From an uncultured bacterium (GTDB taxonomy: Bacteria > Bacillota_I > Bacilli_A > RFN20 > CAG-826), in contig CASFCI010000002.1 in NCBI GenBank assembly GCA_949293175.1, positions 27,765-91,764 on the forward strand: a DNA stretch of 64,000 nucleotides, given 5' to 3'. The translations under genes were made by a program, and so were the position numbers. The notes beneath the pieces are model-generated. The model saw only the letters and a list, made by a program, of their open reading frames with translations. It searched no databases and was not told the origin of the DNA. Positions 17,522 through 27,705 of this stretch are shown one piece after another; within the stretch, counting starts at the first letter, position 1; each line of letters starts with the position of its first letter.

Positions 17522-19723
17522 TCAGTAATCGAGCGGGTCGACGTCAAGGTAGACCCTGACCCCGCCTTTCCCGTCTATTCCCTTGGCGATCTTGGCTATC
17601 TCCGTTTTCGTGAGGTCGGAATCGCGGTATTTGACCAATAGCTCCCGGCGGTACATCTCCCCGTTTTTCTCGATGTATGGCACCAGCGGCCCGAGCGTCG
17701 AGGTGAACTCTATCTTGGCGGACTCGATCTCCTGCTTGGCGAGGTAGGCGGCCTCGATGGCGCGCTCCGCCTCCTTGGCGGCGAAGATCATGTTGCACAG
17801 ATGGGAGAAGGGCGGGTATTTGCCCGACCGCCTTATCTCCATCTCCGCCCGGTAGAACGCGTCGTAGTCCTGCTTGGCCCCGAGGGTAATGGCGTAGTTG
17901 GTCGGGTTGAAGGTCTGTATCAGAGCCTCGCCGGGCTTGCTCCCCCTGCCAGCCCGCCCCACGGCTTGCGCCAGCAAATCGAAGGTCGACTCCGAGGCCC
18001 GATACGAGGGTATGGAAAGCCCCACGTCGGCCAATATGACCCCGACCAGCGTCACCAGCGGGAAGTCGTGCCCCTTGGCGATCATCTGCGTCCCGACCAG
18101 TATGTCGAAGCCGCCCTCGTGGAAGGAGCTGGTTATCTCCTCGCCCCGCGTTTTGACTTTGGCGACGTCGGAGTCGAGCCTGCCGATGCGGGCTGTAGGG
18201 AATATCTCGGAAAGCACCTTGACGACCCTTTCGGTCCCAAACCCGGCCCGCTCGAGCCGGGCGGAGCCGCAGTTGGGGCAAGTCCCATCGTAGGGCTCGA
18301 GGTATCCGCAATGGTGGCACTTCCACATCATGTCGGTGGTGTGCAGCGTCAGATGGGCGCCGCATTCGGGGCAGACGAACAGGTGCCCGCAGTCAGGACA
18401 GGTCGAGTAGGAGCAATAGCCCCGCCGGTTCAATAGCAGCACGGTCTGCTCGTGATTGTCGAGCCGCTGCTGAATCTTTTCCAGCAAAAGCTTGGAGAAC
18501 ATCTTCCCCCGGGGGTCTAAGGCGCGGCGGCGTGAGAGGTCCACTATCGTGGTTTTTGGAAGCGGGAGGCTATTGACCCGCTTGTCGAGGCGGCATAATC
18601 CGTATATGCCCTTCTCGGCTTTGGCGCGGCTGACGATGCTCGGGGTGGCCGAGCCGAGCACGACCTTGCATTTGTTTTGCCTCCCGCGGAGCAGCGCCAC
18701 CTCGCGGGCGTGGTAATAAGGCGCGGCGTCCTGCTTGTAGGACTCCACATGCTCCTCATCGAGGATGATGAGGCCGATGTTCTCTAACGGGGCGAATACG
18801 GCGCTTCGGGCCCCCACCACCACCTTGGCCTTGCCCGAGGCGATGCGACGGTACTCATCGTATTTCTCCGCCGGGGTGAGCATGGAGTGGAGTATCGCCA
18901 CCTCCTCGCCGAAGCGCGAGATGAAGTAGCGGACCATGGCCGGGGTGAGGCTGATCTCGGGGACCAGCATCAGGATCGACTTGCCCTGCTGCAGGTAGTG
19001 GTCGCTTAGGTGGAGGTAGACCTCGGTCTTCCCCGACCCGGTCACGCCCTGCAGGAGATAGACTTCCTTATCGCCGTTGATTATCTGTTGGTAAACCTCG
19101 TCCTGCTCCAGCGTGAGGGGGAATGGATTGGTACGCGGGATCGAGGCGACCTCAAGCCGCCTCCGCTCGACCTTGACGACCTTGAAGCGGCCCTTATCGA
19201 TCAGGGCCTTCACCACCGCGGGGCTGCCGGCCTCACCCTTCTTGGCCCGCCCGGACTGCCTGACCAGCCGGAAGGCCTCCAATTGCTTTGGGGTGAGCCC
19301 CTCCTCGGAGTCCTCAGCCACCTCGACGAGCTGGTCGTAGGCGACCTTCGGGCCGTTTTTGTAGCTGCCCCGCGGCTTAAGCGAAGACGGCAGCATGGCC
19401 TGCAGCACCGATATCCGCGAGCAGAGGTAATAGGAGGCGATGGCGGAGCTTAGCTGCAGCAGTTCCTGACTTAGCAATGGCTTGTCGTCGATGAGACGGC
19501 TGATGAAGGAGACCTCGAAGCCGAGCCGCGCCTGTATTTGTTCCTTGCCCTCGTCGGTGTGGGATACGCGCAGCACGAAGCCGACGAGCGGCCTCGGCAT
19601 GGCGCCGAACCTGACCTCGACCCGCATGCCGGCGCAAACCGGGGTGTCGTCGGGGCAAAGGTAGGTGAACGGCCTATCCAAAGAGGAGGCGCCGTATTCT
19701 ATGAGGGTCTCTAGTATCTGCAT
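17522..19723 (-). CDS. priA: Primosomal protein N' (PriA helicase)
   Basis: Walker A GVTGSGKTEVYL, DEEH, and the zinc-binding cysteine cluster CPDCG...CPECG...CHHCG...CPNCG. Confidence 0.9.
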   Translation of the reverse strand: MQILETLIEYGASSLDRPFTYLCPDDTPVCAGMRVEVRFGAMPRPLVGFVLRVSHTDEGKEQIQARLGFEVSFISRLIDDKPLLSQELLQLSSAIASYYLCSRISVLQAMLPSSLKPRGSYKNGPKVAYDQLVEVAEDSEEGLTPKQLEAFRLVRQSGRAKKGEAGSPAVVKALIDKGRFKVVKVERRRLEVASIPRTNPFPLTLEQDEVYQQIINGDKEVYLLQGVTGSGKTEVYLHLSDHYLQQGKSILMLVPEISLTPAMVRYFISRFGEEVAILHSMLTPAEKYDEYRRIASGKAKVVVGARSAVFAPLENIGLIILDEEHVESYKQDAAPYYHAREVALLRGRQNKCKVVLGSATPSIVSRAKAEKGIYGLCRLDKRVNSLPLPKTTIVDLSRRRALDPRGKMFSKLLLEKIQQRLDNHEQTVLLLNRRGYCSYSTCPDCGHLFVCPECGAHLTLHTTDMMWKCHHCGYLEPYDGTCPNCGSARLERAGFGTERVVKVLSEIFPTARIGRLDSDVAKVKTRGEEITSSFHEGGFDILVGTQMIAKGHDFPLVTLVGVILADVGLSIPSYRASESTFDLLAQAVGRAGRGSKPGEALIQTFNPTNYAITLGAKQDYDAFYRAEMEIRRSGKYPPFSHLCNMIFAAKEAERAIEAAYLAKQEIESAKIEFTSTLGPLVPYIEKNGEMYRRELLVKYRDSDLTKTEIAKIAKGIDGKGGVRVYLDVDPLDY

Positions 19724-19774
19724 CGATAGGCAAATTATACCCGATGGGCAAAAGAAAAGAGCATCGGTCGATGC

Positions 19775-20347
19775 TCATCTTGCCTTTTCGGCTTCCCTTA
19801 TTATGGAGGCGATCTCCCCGGCGGCCCTAGAGACGGAATCGTTTAGGACCACGTGGGAATAGAGGTGGCTCATCGTGAGCTCGGTCCTGGCTTTGGCTAG
19901 ACGCTCCTCGATGACCTCCTCGGTCTCGGTCTTCCTTCCCCTTATCCGCTCCTCAAGCTCATGGATGGACGGCGGCATCAGGAAGATGGATATGGCGTCC
20001 TTGCACTTGGCGAGGACCTTCATCGTCCCGGAGACCTCGATCTCGAGCAGCACGTTCTTGCCTTCGCGGCGCATCTGCTCGACCTTGTCTAACGGGGTGC
20101 CGTAGTAGTTGCCGACGAACTCGGCATACTCCAGCAGGTTGCCCTGCTCTATGTTCTTCTCGAACTGCTCGCGGGTGACGAAGTAGTATTCCCTTCCGTC
20201 GACCTCGCCCTCCCGCCTTTGCCGGGTGGTCATGGAGATGGAATAGAAAAGGTTGAGGCTCTTGTCCTTCATCAGCTCCTGGCGCACAGTGCCCTTGCCG
20301 ACCCCGGATGGCCCGGACAGGTTTATGAGCAGCCCTTTCTTCTCCAT
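19775..20347 (-). CDS. gmk: Guanylate kinase
   Basis: GPSGVGKGTV P-loop and REGEVDGREYYFV. The start was chosen at MEKKGLL. Confidence 0.85.
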   Translation of the reverse strand: MEKKGLLINLSGPSGVGKGTVRQELMKDKSLNLFYSISMTTRQRREGEVDGREYYFVTREQFEKNIEQGNLLEYAEFVGNYYGTPLDKVEQMRREGKNVLLEIEVSGTMKVLAKCKDAISIFLMPPSIHELEERIRGRKTETEEVIEERLAKARTELTMSHLYSHVVLNDSVSRAAGEIASIIREAEKAR

Positions 20348-20437
20348 AAAAGTATATCGATAAATATACCGGCCACTAGGAGGCCATTTCAAGCCCGATA
20401 TCGGCTATCTGCTTACTTTTTCGATGGGTTTCCCCCC

Positions 20438-21097
20438 TTATAGGGGCTTATCCTCCCCCGGGCCAGGTTCTTGACGGGGGCTATCGGCTGGATGGGACTC
20501 GCCGCCAGTTGGCTGGTTGACGAATTTTGGCGAAGGGGAAAGCAGGTAAACGCAGCCTCCGATTAGGGCGGCGGCGCAGGACAATGAGAAGCCGATGGTT
20601 ATCCAAAGGCTGTTCGCGATGTATGAATAGAGGGCGAAGCAGGCGATAAGCAGCAAGAAGGGGACGAGGAGAAACCTCTTCAGCGCCTTCCTGCGGAAGA
20701 ATATCCCATATAGAAATAGATATGCGGCGGCCAAACCGATGAGGGCGTAGATGAGCGTAGGCGATATGCCCAATCGCCCATCCCCGGCGTTTATGGCGTA
20801 GATGATGGCGGAGGGCTCGATGATAACCGCCAGCCCGTTCAGGGCGTAGTCGCAGCCGGATTGCAGGATCAGGCCATCGTTTTTTGGGAACAGCCCAAAG
20901 CAGCCCAAGACGACCAATAGCCCCAGGCCCGCCATGACGATGAAGAGTATCTCCCCGACGTAATTGGCCCCCTCCGACCCGTGGCTAGCCAAACCGAGGG
21001 CGCTCCCGACGATGATGAAGCAGAAGGCGACGAGGATGATAGCGTTCTCCACCAAGACGATCCATTTCAAGGCTTTACGCGGCATACCCTTATCCAT
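20438..21097 (-). CDS. Integral membrane protein, hypothetical
   Basis: Multiple hydrophobic helices. The start was taken at MDKGMPRK. Confidence 0.4.
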   Translation of the reverse strand: MDKGMPRKALKWIVLVENAIILVAFCFIIVGSALGLASHGSEGANYVGEILFIVMAGLGLLVVLGCFGLFPKNDGLILQSGCDYALNGLAVIIEPSAIIYAINAGDGRLGISPTLIYALIGLAAAYLFLYGIFFRRKALKRFLLVPFLLLIACFALYSYIANSLWITIGFSLSCAAALIGGCVYLLSPSPKFVNQPTGGESHPADSPRQEPGPGEDKPL

Positions 21098-21180
21098 GCC
21101 AAAATTATAGCAAAGCAAGCCGTGCCTCTTTAAGTTTTATGGTCGGTTAGGCCGCCTAACCCCGTTCTTTAAAGCGGCTG

Positions 21181-22032
21181 CTACCCTCCGACCTCGACTT
21201 GGCAGAGGTGAGGGTAGACGGAGTCGTCGGTCTGTATCAGCTCGCCCAGCGACTTGCATGATATCTTCCCCTTATAGGGGTTCTTGATCGAGACGATGTG
21301 GGAGTCGACGTCGGCCTGCACCTCGGAATACTCGAACGCGAGGTCGGCGTCCTCCATCGTGCAGTCGATGAGGCGGAGGTTCTTGCAATAGCATAGCGGC
21401 TGGGTGCCCTTGATGTGGCAGCGGATGAGGGTGAGGCCCTCGGAGTACCAGCCGAGGTATTCCCCTTCTACCACGCTGTCCTCGACCACGCAGTCCTTGC
21501 TGTGCCAGAAGGCGTCCTTGGTCTTGAAATGGCAGTTGCGGATCCGGAGGTGCTCGGTGTATTGGAACGAGTATTTGCCCTCGAAATGCAGCCCCTCGGC
21601 CTCCAGGTTGGTGGCCTCAAGGAAGGCGTATTGGCTGTCGATTGAGCAGTCCTTGATGGCGATGTCATGCGACTTCCAGCCGAACTCGGGGGAGGATGAG
21701 GTTACGTTGTCTAGCTCGACGTGATGGCATTCCCTGATGGCCTTGATGCCGTCCATCTTGGTGTTGCTGATCTTTATGAAGTCGCCATACCAAAGCGCGG
21801 CCCGGCAGTTGGGGGTCATCTCGCAGCCGTCGATTATGGCGTTATGGACATGCCAAAGCGGGTAGCGGAGGTCGAGCAGGCAATCGCGCAGCTCGACGTT
21901 GCTCGACTCCTTCAAGGCCGACTCGCCATCCTCTTTCCCGGCGAAGCGGCAGTTCCTTAGCAGCAATGAGTCGGCGCGGTAGAGGTCGCGCTCATTGGGG
22001 AAGCTCTGCCCCTCGATTATCTTCTTTTCCAT
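21181..22032 (-). CDS. Right-handed parallel beta-helix repeat protein, DUF3737-like
   Basis: Periodic Asn/Cys/His-rich repeats (RNCRF, RDCLL, KDCSI, RNCHF, IRCHI, IDCTM). The start MEKKIIEG is preceded by GGAGGG. Confidence 0.45.
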   Translation of the reverse strand: MEKKIIEGQSFPNERDLYRADSLLLRNCRFAGKEDGESALKESSNVELRDCLLDLRYPLWHVHNAIIDGCEMTPNCRAALWYGDFIKISNTKMDGIKAIRECHHVELDNVTSSSPEFGWKSHDIAIKDCSIDSQYAFLEATNLEAEGLHFEGKYSFQYTEHLRIRNCHFKTKDAFWHSKDCVVEDSVVEGEYLGWYSEGLTLIRCHIKGTQPLCYCKNLRLIDCTMEDADLAFEYSEVQADVDSHIVSIKNPYKGKISCKSLGELIQTDDSVYPHLCQVEVGG

Positions 22033-22099
22033 TCTCGTCCCTCCATTGCAAACGGATAATAAACTTGGAGTGGCCTCCATGGTCAAGGGGGACGCTTGT

Positions 22100-22909
22100 C
22101 TACTTGACGTTGCCCGAGCCGATGCCCTGCTCGGATTGCCCTAGCGGAAGGGTATCGATGGCCTTTCCGATCTGCGAGCGCCAGAAATCCCAGTCGTGGC
22201 CGCCGTCCTCCTCGTCCCAAGTCAGCTCGGCATGGTGGGCCAAAAGGAAGTCGCGGAAGGATACGTTGGCCTCATATAGGCCATCCTGCCTCGCGCAGGA
22301 AAGGTAGATGTGCGGATATCTGGAGGCGTCGCCATGCAGCGACTTCTCCATCTTCAGGAAGCAGACGCGCGGGTTCATGTCGCTTTGCTTGGCTTTCTTT
22401 AAGTCGCCGAATAGGCTATGGAACTCGTTGCCGTTGTCCTGCCCCTCGAAGACGTGGACCGCGGAGGAGAAGGCCAGGATATGGGAGAAGGTCTTGTGGT
22501 ACTTCAGGCCAAGCCGCAAGGCGCCGTATCCGCCCATCGAGAGGCCGCCGATGAAGGTGTCCTCCCTTTTCCGCGATAACGGGAAGATCCTCCTGGTCAC
22601 CTCGATGAGCTCCTTGGCGATGAAATCCTCGTAGTCGGCGCCCGGATGCGGGAGGTTTAGATAGAACCCGTTCTCCCCCGAGGGGAGGATCACCGCGAGG
22701 TCCTTGCTCTCGGCTAATAGCCGGAGCGGGGTATTTAGCGCCCAATCGTTGCAATCCCCGAGCAAACCATGCAGGAGATAGAGGGTTTTGAACTCCTTTT
22801 TCTTGCCGAACCGCCCGAAGGTCATCGTCTTGTCCGCGGGGATGATCGCGTTAGCCGTGACGGTCCGCTTGAGGCAGGATGAGAAGTAATTGAAGGTAAT
22901 GAAGGCCAT
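22100..22909 (-). CDS. Putative esterase, alpha/beta-hydrolase fold (tributyrin esterase / S-formylglutathione hydrolase-like)
   Basis: GLSMGG is a GxSxG nucleophile elbow, and LLHGLLGDCNDW is present. The start MAFITF is preceded by AAAGGAG. The upstream part of the track ORF is likely untranslated. Confidence 0.6.
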   Translation of the reverse strand: MAFITFNYFSSCLKRTVTANAIIPADKTMTFGRFGKKKEFKTLYLLHGLLGDCNDWALNTPLRLLAESKDLAVILPSGENGFYLNLPHPGADYEDFIAKELIEVTRRIFPLSRKREDTFIGGLSMGGYGALRLGLKYHKTFSHILAFSSAVHVFEGQDNGNEFHSLFGDLKKAKQSDMNPRVCFLKMEKSLHGDASRYPHIYLSCARQDGLYEANVSFRDFLLAHHAELTWDEEDGGHDWDFWRSQIGKAIDTLPLGQSEQGIGSGNVK

Positions 22910-23005
22910 ATGCGCTCCTTTTGTTTCCATTATTGTAATAGGAAATAATCGGCTTTTATAAGCCTTTGCCCCACTTCGCCCCCTTTTGCTATATAATCCG
23001 GTGGC

Positions 23006-24364
23006 ATGGTCAAGCTCGGAAGATTCGGCGCATATTGCAAGGCGATGGATGCCTTGCTGACTGGGAGGAAGGTTCGGGCCTTCGCCTTTTTGGGCGGCAA
23101 CGCCTACGCCTGCTCGGTCGGAAGGTACGAGACTCTGCTTTTCCTTCTCGGGTCGACCCAATCGATATACGTCACCGACTCGGAGGTAAAAGGCGCCAAA
23201 TCCGACCAGTTCCTGTTCGCGCTGAAGAAGCACCTCTCGGAAGGGAGGATCAACCGCATTGCCCAGCTCGGCGGGGATAGGATAATGGACATCTCGCTAA
23301 CCGGGATGGACGAGGTATACCACGAATCCGACTACCACCTAATAGCCGAATGCCTGCCAGGGCATGGCAACCTCATACTGACCGACGACGGCTACTCGAT
23401 AATCTCGGCCAGCTCCTACCTCGCCGAGCGTCTAATCGCAAAGGGGGCGAAATACCTGCCCCCGGAAAGCCATCCGCAGGTGGAAATCGACGAATCGGAG
23501 TTCGATCTGCAGGATTTTTTCGACTCCGAGCGCGCGCAGGAGGAGAAAAGAAGGCAGGACGCGACCAAGAAGCTGCTATCGCCCCTTCTAAAGAAGTGCA
23601 AAACCCGGATAAAGACATTGGAAAGGAAGCTATTGATGCTATCCAAGGACCAGGAGGCCGCCACCGCCCACCTTTCCGACAAAGACAAGGCGGACTACCT
23701 CCTTACCAATTTGGATACCATCGCCGAGGGATCCGAGTCGTTCGACTACTTCGGCGAGGAGTGCCCGCTCGACCCCAAGCTGTCGATACCAAAGAACGCC
23801 GAGAGGCTATACAAATCGGCCAAGAAGGCCAAGAAGACGATCGAGGAGGCCAAGCTCAACCTGGATAAGGCCAAGCAGGAGCTAGAGGAGCAGCAATCGT
23901 TCCTGGCGCTGCTCCAATCGGTCTCCCGTCAGGGGGCGGAGGCCCTATTAAGCCAGCTAAGCGAATCGAAGAAGGAGCGGGTCTCGCCATCCATCTATCC
24001 CTATGCGGCCTATCGCGGCGAAACCTGCTACCTAATCGGCCACTCGGCCTCGAGCAACTCCTTTCTATCGTTCGTCTACGACACCGACCCGACCCATTAT
24101 TGGCTCCACGTCAAGGGGACCCACGGGTCGCACGTGATGATAAGGAAGTCCAATCCAAGCGATGAGGAGATCACCCTCGGATGCGAGTTGGCCCTGCTCT
24201 CGTCCAACCTATCCTCGGGCGAGGTGATATATTGCCCGCATAAGAACATAAGGCGCGGCAAGGCCAATGGGCAGGTGATACTCGGGGAGTACCGCTCGGC
24301 CTACATAAGGAAGGTCTCCGATGGGGCCAAGAGGATATACCAAAGCAGGGAGAAGGCGAAATGA
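23006..24364 (+). CDS. rqcH: NFACT-family RNA-binding protein (RqcH / fibronectin-binding protein A-like, Rqc2 homolog)
   Basis: N-terminal NFACT-N-like region, central coiled coil, and the C-terminal NFACT-R/DUF814 motif WLHVKGTHGSHVMIR. Confidence 0.65.
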   Translation: MVKLGRFGAYCKAMDALLTGRKVRAFAFLGGNAYACSVGRYETLLFLLGSTQSIYVTDSEVKGAKSDQFLFALKKHLSEGRINRIAQLGGDRIMDISLTGMDEVYHESDYHLIAECLPGHGNLILTDDGYSIISASSYLAERLIAKGAKYLPPESHPQVEIDESEFDLQDFFDSERAQEEKRRQDATKKLLSPLLKKCKTRIKTLERKLLMLSKDQEAATAHLSDKDKADYLLTNLDTIAEGSESFDYFGEECPLDPKLSIPKNAERLYKSAKKAKKTIEEAKLNLDKAKQELEEQQSFLALLQSVSRQGAEALLSQLSESKKERVSPSIYPYAAYRGETCYLIGHSASSNSFLSFVYDTDPTHYWLHVKGTHGSHVMIRKSNPSDEEITLGCELALLSSNLSSGEVIYCPHKNIRRGKANGQVILGEYRSAYIRKVSDGAKRIYQSREKAK

Positions 24365-25209
24365 CCGAGCTCGAGCAAGCCAGGCGGATCGCCGCAAAGA
24401 TAGGGGACGAGGTGGAGATTAAGCCCCTCTTTGGCGGCACGAGCAACGCCATCTTCGCCTCGGATGGTTTCGTTTACCGGATAAAGCGGCCCCATCAGGT
24501 CGATGAGATCGATTCGCCAGAGCGCGAGATGCTCGCGGTCGACCTCTCGATGGGCTGCCCCTGCCTGCCGGAGGTGGTTTACTTCGATGGGCGCGGGAAC
24601 AAGGCCGAAAGGCGCCTAAAGGGCATCACCGTGAGCCAGAAGGGCGTCGACGAGGCGGATTTCCCCGCGATAATCAAGGCCATCGAGCAATTGCACGCCA
24701 TGCCGGAATCCGAATACTCATTCAACCTCGTGGAGCGCTATCGGCAATACAAAGACCATTCCGGAATAAAGGGATGCATCTCCCCTTTCGAACGCAGCGT
24801 GATGGCCTACGCCTTCCGCCGGATCGAGCAGTTCCCCCGCCGCCTTTCGCACAATGACCTATGGGGCGGGAACATCCTAATCGACGGCGGGCAGGCCAAG
24901 CTCATCGACCTCGAGTTCGCCTCCACCGCCCCCGAGGTTTTCGACTACCTCTCCTTCGTTGAGGAGAACGACCTGCCGCTAGAAAAGGCCAGGCGGTTCT
25001 TTGAGCTCTCCGGACTCCAGATGGACTTCGACGATTTCGCGCTGCTCAGCTACTCGCTCGACATCATCTGGGCCTACTGGGCCCTATGCCGGGAGAAGGA
25101 AACGGGCAAAGGCAAAGACATCGCAAAGGCAAAACTAAGGCGGCTATATAGAGGGCGGGCCATCATAAAGGCCCGGCTCGGCTATTACGTCGACCTCATC
25201 GCCGACTGA
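24361..25209 (+). CDS. Phosphotransferase-family protein (APH / choline kinase-like fold)
   Basis: HNDLWGGNILID is the Brenner HxDxxxxN motif and IDLEFA is the DxE motif. The start overlaps the upstream stop as ATGA. Confidence 0.6.
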   Translation: MTELEQARRIAAKIGDEVEIKPLFGGTSNAIFASDGFVYRIKRPHQVDEIDSPEREMLAVDLSMGCPCLPEVVYFDGRGNKAERRLKGITVSQKGVDEADFPAIIKAIEQLHAMPESEYSFNLVERYRQYKDHSGIKGCISPFERSVMAYAFRRIEQFPRRLSHNDLWGGNILIDGGQAKLIDLEFASTAPEVFDYLSFVEENDLPLEKARRFFELSGLQMDFDDFALLSYSLDIIWAYWALCREKETGKGKDIAKAKLRRLYRGRAIIKARLGYYVDLIAD

Positions 25210-25732
25210 AGGTCTGGTCGTATTGGGATAGGCCATCCGAAATGGCCTGTTTGGCGGAGATGGCCCCCTCGTATCCTAGGACCTCGGTGTCCTTCCCCTC
25301 CTCAAGCTGCTTATACACCTTGAAGAAGTGGTCGATCTCCTTCGCGACGTGCTCTGGCAGATCGGACAAGGAACGGAAGGCGTTGTAGAAGGGGTCGTTG
25401 AAGGGTATGGCGATTATCTTGTAGTCCTTCCGCCCGCCGTCTTTCATGACCAGCATCCCGATTGGGTAGCACTTAACGAGCGCCAGCGGGATTATCGGGC
25501 CGGAGGAGAGTATCAACACGTCGAGAGGGTCCCCATCGTCGGCCCAGGTCTTGGGGATGAAGCCGTAGTTGTGCGGGTAATGGGTCGAGGTGAAGAGGAA
25601 CCGGTCGAGGATTAGGGCCCCCGACTCGTGGTCGATCTCGTATTTGGCCGAGCTTCCGGCGCTTATCTCGACGCAGGCGTAGAAGGCCTCCGGGGTCTGC
25701 GCGTCGCGCTTCACGGAATGTATTAGGTTCAT
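25196..25732 (-). CDS. ppa: Inorganic pyrophosphatase (family I)
   Basis: DGDPLDVLIL, the YPHNYGFIP motif, and a size of about 178 aa. Confidence 0.85.
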   Translation of the reverse strand: MNLIHSVKRDAQTPEAFYACVEISAGSSAKYEIDHESGALILDRFLFTSTHYPHNYGFIPKTWADDGDPLDVLILSSGPIIPLALVKCYPIGMLVMKDGGRKDYKIIAIPFNDPFYNAFRSLSDLPEHVAKEIDHFFKVYKQLEEGKDTEVLGYEGAISAKQAISDGLSQYDQTFSRR

Positions 25733-25906
25733 GTTTCAATTAAACCATGGCTATTGCTAGAAGCAAACAAGAACGCGGGGGCGGTTTTTACGATGACGTC
25801 GAAACAAGCGCGCACGCGAATACCGTTTTTGGGGTTTTTATGTAAAACGTAGGCAAAATACGATAGGCAAAATCGGCATTGGGCCTATGAAGACCGCAAT
25901 TGATTG

Positions 25907-25934
25907 TTGACGATTGGCAACCGACCACTAAAAT
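25907..25934 (+). promoter_or_regulatory. Sigma-70-like promoter: -35 TTGACG, a 16-nt spacer, then -10 TAAAAT. It ends 7 nt before the regulator ATG, implying a near-leaderless transcript. It overlaps the imperfect palindrome TTGACGATTGGCAA.
   Basis: Read directly from the sequence. Confidence 0.4.
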
Positions 25935-25940
25935 TTCTTC

Positions 25941-26876
25941 ATGGTTACTTTGCTAGACGTCGCCCGGAAGGCTAAGGTATCGGTTGCCACGGTTTCCCGG
26001 GTCATCAACGGAAAGCCTTTCGTCAAGCAGGAAGTGCGCGAGCGGGTGAACAAGGCCTGCGAAGAGCTGGGGTACATGAAGGACCTCAACGCCGAGCGGC
26101 TTCGGCGCGGCGTTCACTCAGACATCGGCATCATCGCCCCCTACCCGGATTGGCCGATAGCCACTTCAGTCTACAACGGCCTCTACCGCGCCTCGGCCAT
26201 CGCCGGGGCGTCCATCGTATTGACCTCATCCTTCTCCGATCCGGGGAAGGAAAGGGAATGCTTCGCCTCGCTTTTGGCATCTAAGGTAAAGGCGATAATC
26301 TTCTCGCCCTCGACCGCGGAAAACGCCGAGGCGGTCGCCCTTTGCCACCGCAATGGGGTCAAGGCGATACAGGCCATGCGGAAAGCCTACGACGACGTGC
26401 CGGCCGTCTGCTTCGACATCGACGCCGCGATCGACATGGCCTGCTCCTTGCTGAAGCAATCGGGGGTTAGGCGCCCGCTTTTCGTCTACCCATCGCCCAA
26501 GTTCCTCTCATGCGGCAACGCCTGCTCCCGCTTCTACCTGAATATGGGAGAGGAGGGCGCCCTTTGCATCGACGAGTGCAAGGTCAGCAATGAGCCGGAA
26601 TCCATCGGGAAGGCCATTGAGCTCTACTCCCCCGACGGCATAGTGTGCGGCTCCGACGCCTCCTGCGCCGCGGCCTACCATTACCTGATGTCGGCCAATA
26701 GGGAGGTTCCGCTGATCGGCTTTGGCAACGACGAGTGGAAGAAGACGCTCGGGATAACCGCGGTCGACTTCGAGAGCGAGGAATTCGCCCTGGCCCTGCT
26801 TGCGGCGCTGCAAGAGGAGGAGCCGACCGACAAGAAAGTCGCGCCGCTGTTGCACCGGCGGTCATTCGGCTTCTAG
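25941..26876 (+). CDS. LacI-family transcriptional regulator (CcpA-like candidate)
   Basis: N-terminal HTH LLDVARKAKVSVATVSRVING. The periplasmic-binding-protein-like core is 311 aa. Confidence 0.8.
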   Translation: MVTLLDVARKAKVSVATVSRVINGKPFVKQEVRERVNKACEELGYMKDLNAERLRRGVHSDIGIIAPYPDWPIATSVYNGLYRASAIAGASIVLTSSFSDPGKERECFASLLASKVKAIIFSPSTAENAEAVALCHRNGVKAIQAMRKAYDDVPAVCFDIDAAIDMACSLLKQSGVRRPLFVYPSPKFLSCGNACSRFYLNMGEEGALCIDECKVSNEPESIGKAIELYSPDGIVCGSDASCAAAYHYLMSANREVPLIGFGNDEWKKTLGITAVDFESEEFALALLAALQEEEPTDKKVAPLLHRRSFGF

Positions 26877-26895
26877 GTTTGATATAATCAAGGCG

Positions 26896-27666
26896 ATGAG
26901 GAAGATCGCCTTTTTTCTTGTATTGCCCCTATTGGCCGGTTGCGAGGCCAAGCCGCCTTTCGATATGTCCAAAGGCGACGGATACCCCTATTACCTAAGG
27001 TCAGCCGTCTCCGGGGATGGCTTTGATGATGCCCTGCTCGAATTCTCCTTCGAGCAGATCGACCCATTGCTGGAGGCGGGCGGGTCGGCCATCGTGCTAT
27101 TCCACACCTCGGCGTGCAGCCATTGCCAGGTCTTAGAGCCCAACCTATGCGAGGCGATGGAGGAGGCGCAGGCCGCCGTCTACTCCGCCGGCGACAATAA
27201 CATAATCCAGGTATACCAAGAGCTATGCGATAGATACCCTGGGCAGATCGATGATGTCTTCCCCGATGGCCTGGTGACCCCGATCCTGGTCTCGATCGAT
27301 AGCCCAAGCCGCATCTCCAAGATCGAGATAAGCGGCCTCTACCGCAACCCCGGAAGGCTCGCCCAGGCATTATCCCGGGCTGGCAACTACACCAACGTCT
27401 ACCTAGTGGATGGCTATGATGATTACAGCGGACTAAAGCCCGGCGGGCTGTCCTACCTATATGAGGGTGAGGCGATGCTAGATGGTTTTTATGATGCCAT
27501 ATTCCCTTTGGCGAAAACCTCGGAAAACACCACCTATCTGGTCGACGTTTCGCTCTGGGATGAGCAGGAAAGGCAATCCGCCGGATACAGCGAAGCAGCC
27601 CCGATAAGGCTGCAGAACTCAGCTTATCCGCTCGATTCCCCCGCAATAGGCGACTATTACGAATAG
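26896..27666 (+). CDS. Lipoprotein with a thioredoxin-like CxxC motif
   Basis: MRKIAFFLVLPLLAGC lipobox and AIVLFHTSACSHCQVLEP. The N-terminal part of the track ORF was discarded. Confidence 0.5.
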   Translation: MRKIAFFLVLPLLAGCEAKPPFDMSKGDGYPYYLRSAVSGDGFDDALLEFSFEQIDPLLEAGGSAIVLFHTSACSHCQVLEPNLCEAMEEAQAAVYSAGDNNIIQVYQELCDRYPGQIDDVFPDGLVTPILVSIDSPSRISKIEISGLYRNPGRLAQALSRAGNYTNVYLVDGYDDYSGLKPGGLSYLYEGEAMLDGFYDAIFPLAKTSENTTYLVDVSLWDEQERQSAGYSEAAPIRLQNSAYPLDSPAIGDYYE

Positions 27667-27705
27667 AAAAGGCCGAGTGCTCCCGGCCTTATCTCTTTCG
27701 CCGAT

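Noticed and set aside
22910-23233. N-terminal 108 codons of the 377-aa track ORF preceding the esterase.
   Set aside because: An internal start MAFITF with an AAAGGAG SD gives a normal-length esterase. The upstream part would overlap the divergent rqcH promoter region.
25841-25856. Possible cre-like site TGTAAAACGTAGGCA upstream of the LacI-family gene.
   Set aside because: It does not fit the TGWAANCGNTNWCA register, because there is an A where the invariant C should be. It is treated as chance.
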